Part shown: piece by piece, positions 59,632 to 64,000 of the stretch | How the letters are laid out: each line of letters opens with the position of its first letter | How positions within the stretch are numbered: the stretch's first letter is position 1 | Origin: Anaerolineales bacterium | GTDB lineage: Bacteria > Chloroflexota > Anaerolineae > Anaerolineales > UBA11579 | NCBI GenBank assembly: GCA_016932165.1 | Contig: JAFGDK010000029.1 | Coordinates: 9,249-73,248, forward strand | Length of the DNA: 64,000 bases | Reading direction: 5' to 3' | The notes under the pieces: generated by a model | Told to the model about the DNA's origin: nothing | The model's database searches: none | Seen by the model: only the letters and a program-made list of their open reading frames with translations | Translations under genes and position numbers: made by a program

Positions 59632-60390
59632 ATGTTCACATCAGGGAAAGACGAAGAAAGAATCATCCCCCGCAAGCGAATGAACTACCTCAAGGTCAGC
59701 GCCCAGTTGCTGGCGGTGGTATTTGTGCTGCTCTACTTCGGGTTTGACCTTCTGTCAGAGGTGCTGCCCGCCTTCCCGCAGCTCAGCTACGAGGTTATGC
59801 TGGTTATCTTATTGGTGCTGGTCTTTGTCATACCGGGGGGTATTGCCCTGTTCAGCAAGTGGCTTCAAAGGCAAAAATGGCTGGCCCTGGCGGACGAGAT
59901 CGGGTTTCAGGCAAAACAGACCAACCGCTTTTCCATGCCTGCTCTGTATGGTTCACTCCGCGGGCACCGGATCACCATCGCGCAAACATCCGAACGCCGC
60001 GGGCGCAGCCGGGTTTTCTTCACAAAGTACCAGATCATGCTTAATAAGACTGTGGATCAATCCTTTGTATTAAAAAAGAGGGGGATTGCTGACTTCAACC
60101 AAAAAAAGGTTGGCGATGATGAATTTGACAAGCATTACAGCACCCAGGCCACCGATGAACGTCTGATCGGCAATATCCTGCGCACCCGCCGTCTGCGCCT
60201 GGGCTTGCTTCAACTGGGAGAACGCACCCGCACCCGGTCGCTGACCTTAAACCAGGACACCTTGGTGTATATTGAAAGCGGTGAAACCTCAGATACCGAG
60301 TATCTCAGGGCCGTGATGGGCTTCCTCTCCGAATTAGCCCACAATATCGAGCGCCAAGGGCAGTTCAATTTTCAACTTGACCCCAAATAA
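59632..60390 (+). CDS. Hypothetical protein with two N-terminal TM helices
   Basis: Two hydrophobic helices then a soluble domain; GAGG SD. Confidence 0.75.
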   Translation: MFTSGKDEERIIPRKRMNYLKVSAQLLAVVFVLLYFGFDLLSEVLPAFPQLSYEVMLVILLVLVFVIPGGIALFSKWLQRQKWLALADEIGFQAKQTNRFSMPALYGSLRGHRITIAQTSERRGRSRVFFTKYQIMLNKTVDQSFVLKKRGIADFNQKKVGDDEFDKHYSTQATDERLIGNILRTRRLRLGLLQLGERTRTRSLTLNQDTLVYIESGETSDTEYLRAVMGFLSELAHNIERQGQFNFQLDPK

Positions 60391-60659
60391 ACTGCTGAAT
60401 TTATATCCTAATCTGGTTGCGTACAGCTCATCAGACCGATCACCCCACGTATGATCCTGTGTCCTGGAAGCATCTGGCCTGCTGTAAACAGGATATTCCT
60501 TGGGAAACAGGGTCTTGACACTATGACCCTCGTTCCCAATTGAAATTTCCATCTAAGTAGATCGCCGAAAGTTTTTTAATCATCAGTCGCAACATTTTGG
60601 CATTCCAACCTGATTAATAGAAAAGATTCAACGGCGATCAATTAGGAGTAATCGCTAAA

Positions 60660-61301
60660 TTGCTTCTCTGTGGTAGATTACTTTCGAGCGATTACTTAGA
60701 AACCGTATCGATTGGACAATTTTTGCGTCTGAATAGTGTATCCTTGGAACACAAAACCGATTTCGAACTGCTGGCAGAAGCCAAATATTTTAACCACAAC
60801 GCCCTGGCGATGATCTATGACAGATACAGCACAGCGCTCTATCAATATGCATACCGCCAGACTGGCAGCCAGCGGATCGCTGAGGATTGTGTAGCCGAGA
60901 CCTTCTCCCGGTTTTTACACGCCCTCAAGCGGAACAAAGGTCCCCGAAAAGCGCTGCGCCCCTACCTCTACCGGATCGCCCATAATTGGATTACCGATCA
61001 GTACCGCAAGCCAAGTACTGAAAACGGGCTGGATGAAAATCTCGAAATTATCAAAGATGACAAGCCCGGAACTGAAAGCCAGATCATCGAACATGAGACA
61101 GCAGCAAGGTTGAGAGAACATCTCCAAAAGCTGAAGCCTGATCAAAGGCAGGTGATGGTGCTCAAACACCTGGACGGGATGAGCAATGCAGAGGTAGCGG
61201 AGATTATGGAACGAAATGTGGGCAGCGTGAAAGCGCTCAACAGCCGGGCGCTGAACAACTTACGAAAATTCATCCAGCAGGATGAACAGGATCAACCATG
61301 A
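60660..61301 (+). CDS. ECF sigma-70 factor (start uncertain: TTG 60660 or TTG 60744)
   Basis: Region 2 AEDCVAETF...YLYRIAHN; region 4 LKPDQRQV...SNAEVAEIM...GSVKA. Confidence 0.93.
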   Translation: MLLCGRLLSSDYLETVSIGQFLRLNSVSLEHKTDFELLAEAKYFNHNALAMIYDRYSTALYQYAYRQTGSQRIAEDCVAETFSRFLHALKRNKGPRKALRPYLYRIAHNWITDQYRKPSTENGLDENLEIIKDDKPGTESQIIEHETAARLREHLQKLKPDQRQVMVLKHLDGMSNAEVAEIMERNVGSVKALNSRALNNLRKFIQQDEQDQP

Positions 61302-62155
61302 GCAGTAAAACCGAACACAAAGAAACCATCAAAGAGCTTGAATCGCTGCGTGAAGCGCCGGACCGAGACCCGGTGCAGGCGGCCCGCGGGCGGGCTCAGT
61401 TTTTGCTCGAGGCCAAACAAATTTCCGAGGAAACCGTATCGATATCGTTGATCCAGCGTCTTAGTAGTGTATTTCAAGCACCGCAGCTGCGGATGAGCAC
61501 CTTAACAATTGCGATCATACTCAGTTTACTGTTGGTTTCATTCACCACCAGCGCAACAGCCGCCAGTCAGGCTCTACCCAACCAGTTCCTTTACCCTTAT
61601 AAGATCTGGCTGGAAAACCAGCGCCTTGCCTTGACGATCAACCCACAGAAAGAAGCAGAACTACACCTGATCTATGCACAGGAACGACTTGCTGAACTGG
61701 ATGCGATTCAGGACGAAGATCTCGGTACTCAGTTTGATCAAATCCTTGAAAATTTTCTATACCATCTCAATGCTGCCGAAGAAATTTTCTCCGAACACCA
61801 GGAGTATGTGGAACAGGAAGAAATCATCAATAGGCTTGAAACCCAGGCGCCCCAACCCTCCCCGGAATTTGAAAGCGAGTCTGATGAGGAGGAAGAGCAC
61901 GAAGAAGAACCTGAGGAAACCCCGGAACCTGATTTCTCAGATGAAGATGATCGAGAGGATGAACCAGACTATTCTGATGACCCTGACGAGACCGATACAC
62001 CGGATGGTGATGATAGTGGCGATGATAACACCGTTAATAACGATGGTAGCGATACTGACAATGGTGAGGGTGATCCGGATAATGATGACACGAACGACGA
62101 TTCAAACGATGATGACAATCATGATGACAACGAAGAAAACGATGACGATGACTAG
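61298..62155 (+). CDS. Putative transmembrane anti-sigma factor, DUF5667-like, with an acidic tail
   Basis: ATGA overlap with the sigma gene; single TM; ALPNQFLYPYK...E...ERLAE; about 100-aa Asp/Glu tail. Confidence 0.75.
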   Translation: MSSKTEHKETIKELESLREAPDRDPVQAARGRAQFLLEAKQISEETVSISLIQRLSSVFQAPQLRMSTLTIAIILSLLLVSFTTSATAASQALPNQFLYPYKIWLENQRLALTINPQKEAELHLIYAQERLAELDAIQDEDLGTQFDQILENFLYHLNAAEEIFSEHQEYVEQEEIINRLETQAPQPSPEFESESDEEEEHEEEPEETPEPDFSDEDDREDEPDYSDDPDETDTPDGDDSGDDNTVNNDGSDTDNGEGDPDNDDTNDDSNDDDNHDDNEENDDDD

Positions 62156-62203
62156 AAACGATTACCAACTATCACAAATTACGAATTTCAAAAGGAGAAA
62201 ATC

Positions 62204-63022
62204 ATGAAAAACAAAAAAATATTGAGTTTGCTAGTAATCATTTTGACTGGCACCCTGGCATTGACCGCCTGTGACGGAACCCTTCCAGAAGGTTTGGACA
62301 TAGCCCAGTTTACCGGTGGCAGCAGTATCCCCAGCCAGGATATTGACAGCGATCTGGCAAAAGATTCGAGTCGTGATGTCAATTCCTCAAGAATTGAGCA
62401 CGGTCAGGGATTAAAGATCAAAGGTGAGGTTTCCGAATTAACAGCCAATACGATCACGATCAACGGCGAAACATTTACCGTGATGTCTGATCAAGACCTC
62501 GCCGCGCTGTTCACCCTCGGCGGTGTCTTCGAGATCGAATACTATCTCAACGCCGACGGCACCATCACGCTGAAGGAATATCAACTGGAAGATGATATGG
62601 ACGATGACTCCTCCGAGAGCGAGCATGGCGAGGAGATCGAATTTGAGGGAATCGTTGCCGCAGTGACTGCCAACACGATCACAATGGACGATGTAACCTA
62701 TACCGTGGTCACTGACGAAGATCTGACCACCCTCTTCATCGCTGGAGAATATTACGAGATCGAATACTATCTCAACACCGACAATACCATCACCCTGAAA
62801 GAATATCATCTGGAAGATGATATGGCTGATGACGATTCATACCATGATGATGACATGGATGACGATGACATGGATGACGATGACATGGACGACAATTCAT
62901 ATAATAATGATGACGATGATGATAACAATGACAACCATTCGGATGATAATAACAACAATGATGATGAAGATAACGATGACAACAATGACAACGATGACGA
63001 CGACAATGACAATAACGACTAA
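62204..63022 (+). CDS. Lipoprotein with two DUF5666-like repeats and an Asp/Asn tail
   Basis: Lipobox LTAC; duplicated EHG...G.V...TANTIT...EIEYYLN.D.TITLKEY.LEDDM unit; AAGGAG SD. Confidence 0.8.
   Translation: MKNKKILSLLVIILTGTLALTACDGTLPEGLDIAQFTGGSSIPSQDIDSDLAKDSSRDVNSSRIEHGQGLKIKGEVSELTANTITINGETFTVMSDQDLAALFTLGGVFEIEYYLNADGTITLKEYQLEDDMDDDSSESEHGEEIEFEGIVAAVTANTITMDDVTYTVVTDEDLTTLFIAGEYYEIEYYLNTDNTITLKEYHLEDDMADDDSYHDDDMDDDDMDDDDMDDNSYNNDDDDDNNDNHSDDNNNNDDEDNDDNNDNDDDDNDNND
62849..62893 (+). repeat. 3 x 15-bp in-frame tandem repeat encoding DDMDD
   Basis: GATGACATGGATGAC twice, then GATGACATGGACGAC. Confidence 0.85.
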
Positions 63023-63047
63023 GTCAGAAACGTCCAGACATTAAATC

Positions 63048-63078
63048 AAAACGCCCTGGAATCTTCCAGGGCGTTTTT
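63048..63078. terminator. Bidirectional terminator
   Basis: AAAACGCCCTGGA-atct-TCCAGGGCGTTTTT. Confidence 0.8.
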
Positions 63079-63099
63079 GCTGTAAAAGGAAAAAATTAA

Positions 63100-64000
63100 T
63101 TACGCCAGTGCTATTCTCATATACTTCTCCGCAAACAGCGCCGGCTGGCCGCCTGTATGCCAGAAGAGTACGGTTTCATCAGGCCCGAAAAACCGCATGC
63201 GGATCAGATCGATCAGGCCAGCCGCGGCGCGTCCGGTATAGACCGGGTCTAGTAGCAGGGCTTCATGCCGGGCGAACAGGCTGATGGCTTCCTTCTCAGA
63301 TGCGCCCATCACGGCATACCCGCCGCCGAGGTAGTCAGCGTTGACCAGGATATCATCAATAGTAATATTTTTTACATTCTCATATAGATATGTAACATCT
63401 TTTGCTAATTTTGCAATCACCGCATTAAACTGCCCGGCTTCCTCATCAATGCTGATCCCCAGCACCTGCCCGCTGAAGCCATACATCGCCTTTCCTGCCA
63501 CCAGACCGGCCTGCGTGCCGCCCGACGAAGTCGCAAACACAATCCAGTCTGCGGCAATACCTTGTTCGATCAGCTCCCGGATCGCTTCGGCATATCCCGC
63601 CGCCCCCACCGGGCTGGAGCCGCCATACGGGATCAGGAAGGGCTCTCTCCCGGCAGCTTCTGCCTTCAGATAGGTTTGATTGAGTATTTCCCCGCGTTGT
63701 TCCAAAGAAGTCCATACCAGTTCAGCGCCGAGAAGCACATCCAGGTAGGTATTCGCCTCCGGCACCTGGGGCGGCTCTCCAGAAAGCACCAGGATACAGT
63801 CTAACCCAGCCTTGCGGGCAGCAGCTGCTGTCTGCCGGCAGTGATTAGACTGGATCGCCCCGGCGGTAATCAGCGTCTTGGCGCTGTGCAAAGCTGCTTC
63901 AGCCAGCAAGAATTCCAGTTTACGCGTCTTGTTGCCGCCAAAGGCCAGCCCGGTCTGGTCATCGCGCTTGACCAGCAGCCGCGGCCCCCCTAAAGCCGCC
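63100..64000 (-). CDS. D-cysteine desulfhydrase/ACC deaminase family PLP enzyme; 5' end lies beyond the window
   Basis: KRDDQTGLAFGGNKTRKLE, QSNH, SSGGT, LDPVYTG and HTGG motifs. Confidence 0.92.
   Translation of the reverse strand, partial: AALGGPRLLVKRDDQTGLAFGGNKTRKLEFLLAEAALHSAKTLITAGAIQSNHCRQTAAAARKAGLDCILVLSGEPPQVPEANTYLDVLLGAELVWTSLEQRGEILNQTYLKAEAAGREPFLIPYGGSSPVGAAGYAEAIRELIEQGIAADWIVFATSSGGTQAGLVAGKAMYGFSGQVLGISIDEEAGQFNAVIAKLAKDVTYLYENVKNITIDDILVNADYLGGGYAVMGASEKEAISLFARHEALLLDPVYTGRAAAGLIDLIRMRFFGPDETVLFWHTGGQPALFAEKYMRIALA

Noticed and set aside
62396-62893. CRISPR-like repeats
   Set aside because: The repeats are in-frame coding duplications without unique spacers, and there are no cas genes.
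61674-63044. Met/Thr-rich and Ser-rich alternative-frame ORFs (61674..62207, 62817..63044, 62806..63012)
   Set aside because: Frame-shifted or antisense readings of the GAT/GAC/AAC repeats that encode the Asp/Asn tails.

Overview
Ordinary-GC bacterial chromosomal window with about 60 genes. Gene content suggests Chloroflexota, class Anaerolineae (inferred from NBR1-Ig lipoprotein, DUF5666/DUF5667-like proteins, Hanks kinases and Firmicutes-like gene orders). Most of it is housekeeping: ffh-rpsP-khpA-rimM, ruvB-queA, pdp and upp, yvcK-gap-pgk-tpiA, recJ, acyl-CoA dehydrogenase-etfBA, mtaB-hit-yqeY-pgpH-ybeY-dgkA-nfo-udg, a TetR/ABC exporter and hsp20-hsp20-htrA. I saw no rRNA, tRNA, CRISPR array, transposase or prophage gene. 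The most interesting items are: (1) a Ser/Thr kinase cluster with an FHA-winged-helix regulator, a degenerate DNA methylase-like protein, a lipoprotein and a TPR receptor kinase (23.7-31.9 kb); (2) an ECF sigma / anti-sigma / lipoprotein operon with extreme Asp/Asn tails (60.6-63.0 kb); (3) a possible split LtaS-like pair of a membrane protein and a Tat-exported Thr-type sulfatase fold; (4) a degenerate membrane-anchored GH3; and (5) several unannotated RNA or DNA structures and a 26-codon coupling ORF. All family calls are from motif recognition by eye; no searches were run.
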